Part shown: piece after piece, positions 1 to 9,025 of the stretch
Position numbering within the stretch: the first letter of the stretch is position 1
How the letters are laid out: every line of letters starts with the position of its first letter
Assembly: GCA_963718605.1 (NCBI GenBank)
Contig: OY970363.1
Location: 1,262,150-1,326,149 of the forward strand
Length of the DNA stretch: 64,000 bases
Direction of reading: 5' to 3'
From: an uncultured Actinomycetes bacterium
GTDB lineage: Bacteria > Actinomycetota > Acidimicrobiia > Acidimicrobiales > JACCXE01
The notes under the pieces: model-generated
What the model was told of the DNA's origin: nothing
What the model saw: the letters and a program-made list of their open reading frames with translations, nothing else
The model's database searches: none
Made by a program: the position numbers and the translations under genes

Positions 1-662
1 GGGAAGTCCTCCAGGTTGGCCACGGCGCGACCGTTCAGTACCTGCTGCACCGCGTCGGCGTCCTTTTCGAAGGTCAGCACTTCGAGCGGCTTGCCGGACG
101 CGGCGCACTTGGTCACTTGCGGGCCGAGGATGTCGGTCTCCTGCACCGTGCCCTTCTGCACTGCGACGGTCGTGCCGCACAGGCTGTCGACCGACTCGAT
201 CTTCTTGGGGTTGCCCTTCTTCACCAGCATCGAACTGCCGGCGAGGAAGTAGTCGATGAAGTCCACGCCGTTGCCGCGCCGTTCGGACGTGTCGTTCATC
301 GCCGACATGATGATGTCGTAGCGACCCGAGTTCAGTGAGCCAATCAGACCCTTGAAGTCCGTGTCGTTCGTGAACTTGAAGGTGACGCCGAGTTCTTTGC
401 CCATGGCCTGCGCGATGTCCCAGTCGACGCCGTGAATCGTCTTGGTGCCTTCCTCGTAGAACTCGATCGGCGGATATTCGATGTCCGAGCCCACGCGGAT
501 CACGCCGCTTTTCTGGATCGAGTCCGGCAGCGTTTTGCCGAGCGCCGTGAGCTCAACCGCGGCTTTCTTGTCGCCGTCGCTATCGCTGCCGCACGCCGCG
601 CCGAGGCTCGCGAGCAACGCCACGACCACCACGAGTGTCTTCATACGAACGAGTCGCTTCAT
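1..662 (-). CDS. Polar amino-acid ABC transporter substrate-binding lipoprotein (SBP family 3); 3' end lies beyond the window start
   Basis: Manual minus-strand translation MKRLVRMKTLVVVVALLASLGAACGSDSD...IRVGSDIEYPPIEF...GVDWDIAQAMGKELG...GRYDIIMSAM; lipobox LGAAC. Not in the ORF track because it has no stop in the window. Confidence 0.9.
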   Translation of the reverse strand, partial: MKRLVRMKTLVVVVALLASLGAACGSDSDGDKKAAVELTALGKTLPDSIQKSGVIRVGSDIEYPPIEFYEEGTKTIHGVDWDIAQAMGKELGVTFKFTNDTDFKGLIGSLNSGRYDIIMSAMNDTSERRGNGVDFIDYFLAGSSMLVKKGNPKKIESVDSLCGTTVAVQKGTVQETDILGPQVTKCAASGKPLEVLTFEKDADAVQQVLNGRAVANLEDF

Positions 663-709
663 GCCGAGTAGTTGAGCACGCAGCCGCGCAACCGCGCCGG
701 AATCCCGCG

Positions 710-1108
710 TTACGGGACGACGACTTCGCAACGAATGCCGGGCGCGCGGGCCAGGCGCGCATCGACAGTGATGAGCGGAGAATCGAGCCGTTCCGCCAGC
801 GCCACATAGGACGCGTCGTATGCCGTGAGGTTGTGCCGCAGCGCCCAAACGCGATCCGCATACTCGTACATCGCCCAGTACTCAATTTCGAGTTCGAGCA
901 CGTCCGCTATCGCCTCGACGGCCCGCTCGCCCGAGATGAAGGACTGCAACTCCGCGTTCCGAAGGGCCTGGACCGTTTCGAACAAGGCCAGATGGGGAGC
1001 GTGCACATTCGCACCGTCGAGCGCGGTCGCCACTTCGATGCTGCGGTCACCGCCCACGAGCAACTCGACAAGAGCCGACGCGTCGCAGACGAGATCAGTG
1101 CGAGGCAC
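710..1108 (-). CDS. vapC: PIN-domain toxin (VapC family)
   Basis: LVCDASALVELL N-terminus, E..., TAYDASYVALAERL..LITVDARL acidic PIN motifs; 132 aa; overlaps the upstream antitoxin. Confidence 0.92.
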   Translation of the reverse strand: MPRTDLVCDASALVELLVGGDRSIEVATALDGANVHAPHLALFETVQALRNAELQSFISGERAVEAIADVLELEIEYWAMYEYADRVWALRHNLTAYDASYVALAERLDSPLITVDARLARAPGIRCEVVVP

Positions 1109-1334
1109 GGTCCTGCCGAATCAACTCGACGGTTCGCTCTCGCGAGAGACCCGGACGCGAACGGTTCCTCGCCACGATTCGCGCGAGGACGTCGTCTGAC
1201 GTTTGTCGCGATCCGATCTCGATCAACTCGCGCAGGAGGTATTGCTGCATCGATTGACCGAGTCTCGCCGCGCGGGCGGCTAACTCGTCACGGGTCTTCT
1301 CGGGAACATCGCGAACCGTTATGGCAACACCCAT
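1095..1334 (-). CDS. vapB: Ribbon-helix-helix antitoxin (FitA/VapB-like)
   Basis: AITVRDVPEKTRDELAARAARLGQSMQQYL RHH signature; 79 aa, directly upstream of and overlapping the PIN gene. Confidence 0.85.
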   Translation of the reverse strand: MGVAITVRDVPEKTRDELAARAARLGQSMQQYLLRELIEIGSRQTSDDVLARIVARNRSRPGLSRERTVELIRQDRASH

Positions 1335-1376
1335 GCCTGCATAGTAGCTGCATTTTGCAGGCGAAGTGCAGCTACT
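1335..1376 (-). promoter_or_regulatory. Toxin-antitoxin promoter/operator: -10 TACTAT six nt before the ATG (leaderless), plus two interleaved inverted repeats
   Basis: GCCTGCA 1335-1341 / TGCAGGC 1356-1362 and AGTAGCTGCA 1343-1352 / TGCAGCTACT 1367-1376. Confidence 0.55.
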
Positions 1377-2199
1377 TGCGTTTGTACTCCGGGGGGCGCT
1401 TCTGGAGGAACGCGGCGGCGGCTTCTTGTTGGTCGGACGCGTAGGACGACAGGATCTGCGTGCGGTTCTCGAGGTCGATGCCGGCCTGGAGGCTGCCCAC
1501 CTCGCGGTTGGCCCACGACACTTCCTTGGTCATCCACACACCGAACGGCGAGTTCGCCGTGATCTGGTGCGCGACGTTGAGCGCCGAGTTCACCGCCTCA
1601 CCGTCGGGCACCACTTCACTCACGAGGCCGTACTTGTCGGCCTCGGCCGCGCTGATGAGCCGGCCCGTCAACATCATCTCGGTGGCCCGCGACGCGCCGA
1701 TGAGCCGCGGCAGCAACCAGCTCACGCCGACGTCGCAGCCGGACAGACCGATGCGCACGAACGCCACGTTGAACCGAGCGCTCTCGCTGCACACGCGCAC
1801 GTCCGAGGCGAGCGCGAGCGCGAGTCCGCCGCCCGCGCACGGGCCGTTCACCGCGGCGATCACAGGCTGGCGCAGCGCCCGCAGGCGCGGGATCAGTCCC
1901 GCGATGTGTTGTTGCACGGCGAGCCCACTCGCCGGCCCGCCCCAACCCTTCTGTCGCGGCGCGGAACCAAAGCCGGTGAGGTCGAGGCCGGCGCAGAAGC
2001 CCCGTCCCGCGCCGGTGAGGACCACCACACGGCACTCCGGGTCGTCCTCGATCTCGTCGCAGCGTTCGTAGAGCCGGCCGACGAGTTCGTCGTTCATGGC
2101 GTTCAACTTGTCGGGGCGATTTAACGTGAGCTGCGTGATCTCGGGGCTGAGCTTTTCGAGCAGCACGGTGTCGGCGGAGTCGGTCGAGGCCATTGTCAT
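1372..2199 (-). CDS. Enoyl-CoA hydratase/isomerase (crotonase) family
   Basis: LTLNRPDKLNAM, GAGRGFCAGLDL, AAVNGPCAGGG, LLPRLIGASRA. Confidence 0.93.
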   Translation of the reverse strand: MTMASTDSADTVLLEKLSPEITQLTLNRPDKLNAMNDELVGRLYERCDEIEDDPECRVVVLTGAGRGFCAGLDLTGFGSAPRQKGWGGPASGLAVQQHIAGLIPRLRALRQPVIAAVNGPCAGGGLALALASDVRVCSESARFNVAFVRIGLSGCDVGVSWLLPRLIGASRATEMMLTGRLISAAEADKYGLVSEVVPDGEAVNSALNVAHQITANSPFGVWMTKEVSWANREVGSLQAGIDLENRTQILSSYASDQQEAAAAFLQKRPPEYKRK

Positions 2200-2229
2200 T
2201 TTCCTAACAGGTCGCTACGGTAAATAGCC

Positions 2230-3009
2230 GTGACACCAGCACTCACAGCCGAACAGCGGCAGGCGTATAAGACCGACGGGTTTATCAAGATCGCGGGCTT
2301 CGCGTCGCAAACTGTCTGCGACGCGATGTTGCAGAGTGTGATCGAGATCTCCGAGCGCAAGGCGGCCGACGGGTGGGACGCGGGCGCCGGGCTGCTGCTA
2401 CCCGAGGCGAATCTGCGCGGCAACGAGGGCAAGCCGGCCGAACTCGTCTCAAAAATTTTCAAGCTGCACCGCGAGCCGGTATTCAACGAGTTCGCGGTGA
2501 GCGACGCTGTCACCGCGATCGCCGCGCAATTGATCGAGGAGCGCGACATCGACTGCTTCTTGTCGCAGTTCATCTTCAAGAACCCTGGCGCGTGGGGCCA
2601 GCCCTGGCACCAGGACAGCTACTACTTCCCGTTCGATCCGCACGGCCCCGTCGTCGGAATCTGGCTGGCCGTCACGGCGGCCACGCTCGAGAACGGTTGC
2701 CTGCACGTGTTGCCCGGCAGCAACCACCAGCCCATCCACGAACACATCGAGGACCGCCGCCCCGGCGCCAACCTCGGCTACGTCGAGATCGTCGATCACG
2801 ACATGAGCGACGCGATCCCCGTCCTCATGGACCCGGGCGATCTACTCGTCTTCGACAGCCACTTGATGCACCGCTCGACCGACAACGAGTCCGCCGGGCT
2901 GCGCGCCGCGATGGTGTACCACTACGCGCAGGCGGGCACGGTCGACCGTTCGAACAACTTGGTCAACGACTGGATGCCGGCGCGACGCTCCGAATCGGTC
3001 AGCGCCTGA
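2230..3009 (+). CDS. Phytanoyl-CoA dioxygenase (PhyH)-family Fe/2OG dioxygenase
   Basis: YKTDGFIKI, FIFKNPG..PWHQD, WLAVTAATLENGCL, GDLLVFDSHLMHRS: HxD...H triad. Confidence 0.9.
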   Translation: MTPALTAEQRQAYKTDGFIKIAGFASQTVCDAMLQSVIEISERKAADGWDAGAGLLLPEANLRGNEGKPAELVSKIFKLHREPVFNEFAVSDAVTAIAAQLIEERDIDCFLSQFIFKNPGAWGQPWHQDSYYFPFDPHGPVVGIWLAVTAATLENGCLHVLPGSNHQPIHEHIEDRRPGANLGYVEIVDHDMSDAIPVLMDPGDLLVFDSHLMHRSTDNESAGLRAAMVYHYAQAGTVDRSNNLVNDWMPARRSESVSA

Positions 3010-6000
3010 CGCGGACGTTGCCGTAGCGGTGCTGCGTCTCGGACACGGTTTGTTCGCGCGTCCAGTGCAGTAGCTCGAGCCGGCCGACAGAAGTGACGGG
3101 CGCGTCGTCGATCGGAATGCCGAGTTCGTCGCCACGCGTGTACACGGCGTCGCTCGTGCGGCCGAGCACGCGCACCTTCGACGGCTTGATCTCGGCGACA
3201 CGGTCGATGAAGCCGGCTTCGTCGTCGCGCGACACCACGATCGGCACACCCGCCACCTTCGCCGCGAGCCGACATCGCTCGACGTCGTCCGCGTTCGATC
3301 CGTCGCCCACCAGCACGACCACCGGTCGATAGAAGGGTTGGTACCGGAACACGTTCGACTCCGCGGTCAGGCCCGACGGATCGTGGTCGACGGCGAAGTG
3401 TTCCGCCCACGCCGCGCTGTACTCATCGAACTGTGCGCTGGCAACCGGCTGTGAGCCGGTTGCGAGCGCACAGTTCGTCGTTGGGGTGGTCCAGCGGCCC
3501 ATGGTGAGGACGTAGTTGGGACCACCGGCTTTGGCGGCGGGACCCATGACCGAGCGCTTCCAACCACCGAAGGGTTGACGGCGCACGATGGCGCCGGTGA
3601 TCGGGCGGTTGACGTAGAGGTTGCCGGCGTCGACGCGGTCGGTCCACCGCGCCACCTCGATCGGGTCAAGCGACTGCAGCCCCACGGTGAGGCCGAACGG
3701 TGTCGCGTTCTGCAACGCGATCGCGTGCTCGAGGTCGTCGGCGCGCATGATGCCGAGGACGGGCCCGAAGCACTCGGCGAAGTGAAACCACGAGTTGGGT
3801 CGCACGCCGACTTTCACGCCCGGCGTCCAGATTCGATCGTCGATCTGCGTGGGCTCGACCAGCCAGCGTTCGCCCTCGTCGAGCGTGGTGAACGCCCGCA
3901 AGAGGTTGCCGGCGGCCGGCCCGATGAGCGGGCCCATCGTCGTGTCGAGGTCGGTCGAGTCACCGACGCGCACACTGCGCACCGCGTCGGCCAGTCGTTC
4001 GAGGAACCGCGCGTCGTCGTACACCGAAGCTTCCAAGATCGCCAGGCTGGCGGCCGAGCACTTCTGCCCGGCGTGACCGAACGCGGATCGCACGATGTCG
4101 CGTACGGCGCCGTCGAGGTCGGCCGCCGCGGTGACGACGATTGCGTTCTTGCCACTGGTCTCGGCGTGCAGCGCCAGTTGCGGTTTCCAATTACGGAACA
4201 GCCTGGCCGTGTCCGACGAACCGGTCAGCACCACCGCGTCGACGTCGTCGTGGGTGATGAGGTGTTGGCCGGCGTCATCGTCGTCGCACGGCAGGTACTG
4301 CACGACGTCGCGTGGTACGCCACCGCGGCGACACTGCTCGACGATCATCTCGGCGATCAGCCGCGTCTCTGGTGCCGGCTTGAGGATGACCGTGCTGCCC
4401 GCGGCCAACGCCGCGAGCACGCCGCCGGCCGGAATTGCGTACGGGAAGTTCCACGGCGACGCGACCACCGTGACACGATAGGGCTCGAACACTGCACCCG
4501 CAGCAGTGAGCGCGTCGATGGTGGCGTTGGACGCCGCGTAATAACGCGCGAAGTCGATCGCCTCGGATACCTCGACGTCGCCCTCGCCCACTGTCTTGCT
4601 GGCGGTGAGCGCCATCGCCGCGATCGTGTCGCCGCGGTCGTGGCTCATCTCTTCGGCCACCCGTCGCAAGACCGCGGCCCGTTCAGCGGACGGGCGCGCC
4701 CGCCAGGCGTCGGCGGCGGCGACCGCCCGCGCGACACGCCGGTCCACATCGTCAATCGTCGGCGCGGCCCGGACCGATCGGCACGGCGCCCGCCAATGTT
4801 CGAGCCGGTCCCGAATCCACCGCCGGTTCACGGCCGACGTGAAGTCCGTGTCCGCCTCGTTCTCAAATTCCCGACTTCTGGCGTGTGGGGTCGGGAGGTC
4901 CCGACCCCACACGCCAAAAGTCGGGGGATGGGGGGTGGTGCGGTCCGCGGGTGGGCCGACGCGGCGGGGGCGCGAGGGCGGCAGGTGGCGGTCGTCGACG
5001 GCGCGGAGGAACCGTTGCTTTTCGGTTTCCCACGCGTCACTGCCGACCTCCATCGTGAACAGGGAGTGCAAGAAGTTCTCGGGTGTCGCGTTCTCGTCGA
5101 GGCGACGGGCGAGATATGCGACGGCCGGTTCGAGGTCGTCATGGGGCGTGGCCGGCCCGTAGAGCAACAGCGCGCCGGCGGCGTCGGCGACCGCGGCCGA
5201 CTGTGGCGGCGCCATGCCTTCGAGCATCTCGATCTCGAGTCGCGCCTCCGCGTGAAGGTGTTGGCGCAGCGTCAACGCCCACGCGATGTCGAACAGGTTG
5301 TGCGACGCGACGCCCACCCGCACCGCGTCGGCGAAGCGGGCGTCGAGCACCGCGTCGAGCATGCGCTTGTAGTTCGCATCGACGGCGGCCTTGTTGTCGA
5401 AGGGCGCCGCCGGCCATCGGTGCATCTCGGCGTCGACGTGTTCCATGGCCAAATTCGCGCCCTTGACGATGCGGATCTTGATGCGACCACCACCGGCGGA
5501 CCGGCGGGCGGCGGCCCACTCGCATAGGTCGACCAACGCCGCGTACGAGTCAGGCAGATACGCCTGCAACACGATGCCGGCGTCGAGGCCGATGAACTCG
5601 TCCTCGCACAGCGCCTGCTTGAACGCGGCGATCGTGAGATGCAGATCGCGGTACTCCTCCATGTCGAGGTTCACGAACTTCGGCGGGTCGGCCTTCGCCG
5701 CGGCGCGGTACAGCTCGCGCAGCCGCGCCACGATGCGCTCTACCGACGCATCGAATGCCAGCACGTCGAGCTGGCTGCAGATCGCGGAGATCTTCACCGA
5801 CACGTAGTCGACGTGGGGCCGCTCGAGCAGCGCGATCACATCGGCGACGCGCCGACGCGCCTCGTCTTCGCCCAGGATCGCCTCGCCGAGCAGGTTCACG
5901 TTGAAGTGCACGTGCTCGGACCGCGTCACCCGGCTACGCAAGTCGGGCTCTTCCGCCGGCAGCAGCACCGTCGCGGTTTCTTTGCGCACCCGCGCCGCCA

Positions 6001-6325
6001 CCATCGGCATCACAACGTTCGGCACGAACCGCGACGCCAAGCCGCCGGCGTGCAACAGCACACGGTCGAGCGGGCCGAGGAACGGGGGCAAACCTTCGCC
6101 GACGAGTTCACGGAAACGCGCCGCGGCCCGTGCGTGATCGTCGATGCGCAACACCTCGTCGGCGAGCTCGAGCGTGAACAGCCGGCTGCGGTCGTCGCCC
6201 AGCATCCGGGCCAGGCGGCGCCGATGACGACGCTGGCTCCGGGTTTCGATTTTCGACGCGGCCCGCAGCAACTCGGCGGCCAGTTCGACCGCTTCTGCCG
6301 CCAGGACCTCGTCGCGCGTACTCAC
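2999..6325 (-). CDS. putA: Bifunctional proline dehydrogenase / P5C dehydrogenase
   Basis: NVNLLGE, FVNLDMEEY, IRIVKGANL, YLARRLDEN (PRODH); SPWNFP, HAETSGKN, GQKCSA, ECFGP (ALDH); 1108 aa. Confidence 0.96.
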   Translation of the reverse strand: MSTRDEVLAAEAVELAAELLRAASKIETRSQRRHRRRLARMLGDDRSRLFTLELADEVLRIDDHARAAARFRELVGEGLPPFLGPLDRVLLHAGGLASRFVPNVVMPMVAARVRKETATVLLPAEEPDLRSRVTRSEHVHFNVNLLGEAILGEDEARRRVADVIALLERPHVDYVSVKISAICSQLDVLAFDASVERIVARLRELYRAAAKADPPKFVNLDMEEYRDLHLTIAAFKQALCEDEFIGLDAGIVLQAYLPDSYAALVDLCEWAAARRSAGGGRIKIRIVKGANLAMEHVDAEMHRWPAAPFDNKAAVDANYKRMLDAVLDARFADAVRVGVASHNLFDIAWALTLRQHLHAEARLEIEMLEGMAPPQSAAVADAAGALLLYGPATPHDDLEPAVAYLARRLDENATPENFLHSLFTMEVGSDAWETEKQRFLRAVDDRHLPPSRPRRVGPPADRTTPHPPTFGVWGRDLPTPHARSREFENEADTDFTSAVNRRWIRDRLEHWRAPCRSVRAAPTIDDVDRRVARAVAAADAWRARPSAERAAVLRRVAEEMSHDRGDTIAAMALTASKTVGEGDVEVSEAIDFARYYAASNATIDALTAAGAVFEPYRVTVVASPWNFPYAIPAGGVLAALAAGSTVILKPAPETRLIAEMIVEQCRRGGVPRDVVQYLPCDDDDAGQHLITHDDVDAVVLTGSSDTARLFRNWKPQLALHAETSGKNAIVVTAAADLDGAVRDIVRSAFGHAGQKCSAASLAILEASVYDDARFLERLADAVRSVRVGDSTDLDTTMGPLIGPAAGNLLRAFTTLDEGERWLVEPTQIDDRIWTPGVKVGVRPNSWFHFAECFGPVLGIMRADDLEHAIALQNATPFGLTVGLQSLDPIEVARWTDRVDAGNLYVNRPITGAIVRRQPFGGWKRSVMGPAAKAGGPNYVLTMGRWTTPTTNCALATGSQPVASAQFDEYSAAWAEHFAVDHDPSGLTAESNVFRYQPFYRPVVVLVGDGSNADDVERCRLAAKVAGVPIVVSRDDEAGFIDRVAEIKPSKVRVLGRTSDAVYTRGDELGIPIDDAPVTSVGRLELLHWTREQTVSETQHRYGNVRVRR
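4870..4925. repeat. Near-perfect 27-bp-arm palindrome (REP-like) within the putA coding sequence
   Basis: CCCGACTTCTGGCGTGTGGGGTCGGGA 4870-4896 versus TCCCGACCCCACACGCCAAAAGTCGGG 4899-4925; 26/27 match, and the mismatch is a G-U pair in the mRNA. Confidence 0.9.
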
Positions 6326-7536
6326 GTCTGTAGCGCGTGAACGCTTTCGACGACGCGATCAATTCCCCACTGCAGATCGACGTCGCTGATCGTCAGTGGC
6401 GGCGACAGGCGCAGCGTCTGGCCGTGCGTGTCTTTGGACAGCAGGCCGCGGGTCATCAGGTCTTCGGCCATGGCGCGAGCCGTACCCACTTCGGGGGACA
6501 GGTCGACACCGGCCCACAGGCCCCGGGTGCGCACGGCTTCAACGCCGAGGCCACGCAAGTCGAGCAACGCGTCGCGCAGCATCGGCTCGAGCGCGGCGGC
6601 GCGCGCGAACAGCGAACCGTCGCGGACTAGTTCGATTACGGCCATACCGACGGCGCACGCCAGCGGGTTGCCGCCGAAGGTCGAGCCGTGCGAGCCCGGC
6701 GTGAGCACGTCCATGACGTCCCAGTTCGCCACGCACGCGGAAAGCGGCATGATGCCGCCGCCGAGCGCCTTGCCCAGGATGTAGATGTCGGGCACGACGG
6801 CGTCGTGGTCGCAGGCGAACAGCGAACCGGTGCGACCGAAGCCGCTCTGGACCTCGTCGGCCACGAGCAACACGTTGTATGCCGCGCACATGTCGCGCAG
6901 GCCGGTCATGAAGCCGGGCGGCGGGATCAGCACGCCGGCCTCGCCCTGAATCGGCTCGACCAGCACCGCGGCGACCGTGTCATCCATGGCGCGCTGCACG
7001 GCGGCGAGATCGCCGTAGGGCACGCGCCGAAAACCCGGAGTGAACGGGCCGAAGCCGTCCTTCGAGTCGTCATCGCTCGAGAAGCCGACGATCGTGGTGG
7101 TGCGCCCGTGGAAGTTGCCGTCGAACACGATGACCGTGGCCGCGTTGGGCGCGATGCCTTTGCGTTCGTAGCCCCAACGCCGCGCGATCTTCAACGCGGT
7201 CTCGACCGCTTCCGCGCCGGTGTTCATCAACACCGCGGCCTCTTTGCCGCAGAGTTCGGTGAGCGCCGCGGAGTACGGGCCGAGGACGTCGTTGGAGAAC
7301 GCGCGCGAGGTCAGCGTCAACTTGTCGAGCTGCGCGTGCGCGGCCGCGACGAGAGCGGGATGACGATGCCCGAAGTTCATCGCCGAATACGCACACAGCA
7401 TGTCGAGATAGCGGTGGCCGTCGACGTCGGTGACCCACGAACCTTCGCCGGTTGTAAGCGTCACCGGCAACGGCTTGTAGTTGTGCGCGGCGTGGCGCCA
7501 TTCGAGGTCAACCGGCGTGGCCAACAGATCGGTCAT
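6322..7536 (-). CDS. rocD: Ornithine--oxo-acid aminotransferase
   Basis: AAHNYKPLPV, YLDMLCAYSAMNFGH, NTGAEAVETALK, NFHGRT, ADEVQSGFGRTG, LGKALGGG. True start taken as MTDLL at 7536 (ATGA overlap with the upstream stop); the longer ORF-track start is spurious. Confidence 0.93.
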   Translation of the reverse strand: MTDLLATPVDLEWRHAAHNYKPLPVTLTTGEGSWVTDVDGHRYLDMLCAYSAMNFGHRHPALVAAAHAQLDKLTLTSRAFSNDVLGPYSAALTELCGKEAAVLMNTGAEAVETALKIARRWGYERKGIAPNAATVIVFDGNFHGRTTTIVGFSSDDDSKDGFGPFTPGFRRVPYGDLAAVQRAMDDTVAAVLVEPIQGEAGVLIPPPGFMTGLRDMCAAYNVLLVADEVQSGFGRTGSLFACDHDAVVPDIYILGKALGGGIMPLSACVANWDVMDVLTPGSHGSTFGGNPLACAVGMAVIELVRDGSLFARAAALEPMLRDALLDLRGLGVEAVRTRGLWAGVDLSPEVGTARAMAEDLMTRGLLSKDTHGQTLRLSPPLTISDVDLQWGIDRVVESVHALQT

Positions 7537-8387
7537 CGAACGCCTCCCCGTAGTTCGAGCGTGCAGCACTTCACGCTGCCGCCCGACTTGCGAAATTCCG
7601 ACAGGTCCACGGGCACTGGCTCGTAACCGCGGGCGCGCAATGCCGACGCGAAGTTCGTCGCGCCCGCGGACATCACCACGTGGTGACCGTCGGAGAACGC
7701 GTTGCAACCGAACTCGGCCGCGTCGGCATCGTCCACCAACACCGCGTGCGGGAAGCGGGCGCGCAACCACTCGCGCGACCCGTCGTCAAAGGCCGATGGG
7801 TTGTACGCCACGTTGTCCTCCGACAGCACCGCCAGCGCGGTATCGAGGTGGTAGTAGCGCGGGTCGACGAGACGCAACGACACGACGTCGATACCGAGAC
7901 GGGCCCGAACCTCTTCGTGCGACGCGATGTCGGTGCGAAAGCCGAACCCGGCGAGCACTTCGTCGCCGACCGTCGCGAAGTCGCCCTCGCCTTCGTTCAC
8001 GAACGCCGCCTCGCCGTGGGACACGAACCCATTGGCCGCGAACCATTTCGCGTACGGATCCTCTTCGCCCTGGCGCTCCGCGAACTTGAAGCGGGCGGGA
8101 TACACCTGACCGTCGATCACGAGCCCGCTGTTCGCGGCAAACACCATGTCGGGTAGGCCGCGCACCGGCTCGATGAACTCGATCGCGTGGCCGAGCTCTT
8201 CGTAGACGCGCACGAGCCGGTCCCACTGCTTGAGCGCCCGCCGATGATCAACCGGGATCGTCGTGTGCATCCACGGATTGATCTCGTAGGACACCGCGAA
8301 ATACTCGGGGCGACACATCAACAAATGACGGGGGCGGTATGCGTCACCCGCCGTTTCACCGTGGCGGACAAGCGCATCAACAGACAT
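7533..8387 (-). CDS. Amidinotransferase/DDAH-fold enzyme (arginine dihydrolase-like or dimethylargininase-like)
   Basis: LMCRPEYFAVSYEINPWM, LPDMVFAAN, EGEGD, YYHLDT, KSGGSVKCCT with the catalytic Cys. Confidence 0.88.
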   Translation of the reverse strand: MSVDALVRHGETAGDAYRPRHLLMCRPEYFAVSYEINPWMHTTIPVDHRRALKQWDRLVRVYEELGHAIEFIEPVRGLPDMVFAANSGLVIDGQVYPARFKFAERQGEEDPYAKWFAANGFVSHGEAAFVNEGEGDFATVGDEVLAGFGFRTDIASHEEVRARLGIDVVSLRLVDPRYYHLDTALAVLSEDNVAYNPSAFDDGSREWLRARFPHAVLVDDADAAEFGCNAFSDGHHVVMSAGATNFASALRARGYEPVPVDLSEFRKSGGSVKCCTLELRGGVR

Positions 8388-8497
8388 ACCTCGACGGTAC
8401 GGTCGGGGTTCGACGCGAACAACCCGTCAACGCTGCGTTCTATGCTCGTTCTAGTGTGCGAACGTGCCTATTCAAGCAAGAACGTTGCGTCTGAACG

Positions 8498-8938
8498 ATG
8501 GCTGACGCAATTGATCGGAACATCATCTCCCTCCTCGTCGAAGACGCCCGGCGCTCGTTCAACGACATCGGAGCGCGGGTGGGCCTCTCGGCGCCGGCGG
8601 TCAAGCGACGGGTCGACCGCCTCGAACAGGACGGCGTGATCCGCGGGTACGCCGCCATCATCGACCGGTCGATCGACGGCACCACGATGGAGACCCTCGT
8701 CGAGCTGTACTGCGGGGGCCGCACCGCGCCCGGCGACATCCGCTCGATCGTCGAGCAGTTCGACCAGGTGGTCGAGGCGTTCACGGTGAGCGGCGACGCC
8801 GACGCGGTATTGATGTTGCGCACGCGTGACATCGCGGAACTCGAAGACACGCTCGAACGCATCCGCGCCCACAAGGCGGTCGACCGCACCAATTCCACGA
8901 TCGTGCTCTCGCGGCTCTTGGACCGACCGCACGCGTAG
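8498..8938 (+). CDS. Lrp/AsnC family transcriptional regulator
   Basis: DAIDRNIISLLVEDARRSFNDIGARVGLSAPAVKRRVDRL HTH plus RAM domain; divergent from the amidinotransferase operon. Confidence 0.93.
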   Translation: MADAIDRNIISLLVEDARRSFNDIGARVGLSAPAVKRRVDRLEQDGVIRGYAAIIDRSIDGTTMETLVELYCGGRTAPGDIRSIVEQFDQVVEAFTVSGDADAVLMLRTRDIAELEDTLERIRAHKAVDRTNSTIVLSRLLDRPHA

Positions 8939-8962
8939 CGTGCGCGCGGCTTCGGCGAACAC

Positions 8963-9011
8963 CTTCTGTGTTGGTTTTTGCACCGTATAGGTGCAAAAAC
9001 CATCACAGAAG
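8963..9011. repeat. 22-bp-arm hairpin (REP-like, probable bidirectional terminator) between convergent genes
   Basis: CTTCTGTGTTGGTTTTTGCACC-GTATA-GGTGCAAAAACCATCACAGAAG, 21/22 pairs. Confidence 0.85.
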
Positions 9012-9025
9012 AGGCGGACGGATCG

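Noticed and set aside
3575-5527. 650-aa plus-strand ORF (also 48038..49984, 51438..53303, 9149..10432, 45551..46519)
   Set aside because: Antisense or alternate-frame shadows of well-supported genes in GC-rich DNA; Arg/Gly/Ala-rich with no motifs.
7537-7770. N-terminal extension of rocD in the ORF track
   Set aside because: It overlaps the amidinotransferase gene in another frame; the ATGA-coupled start at 7536 is better supported.
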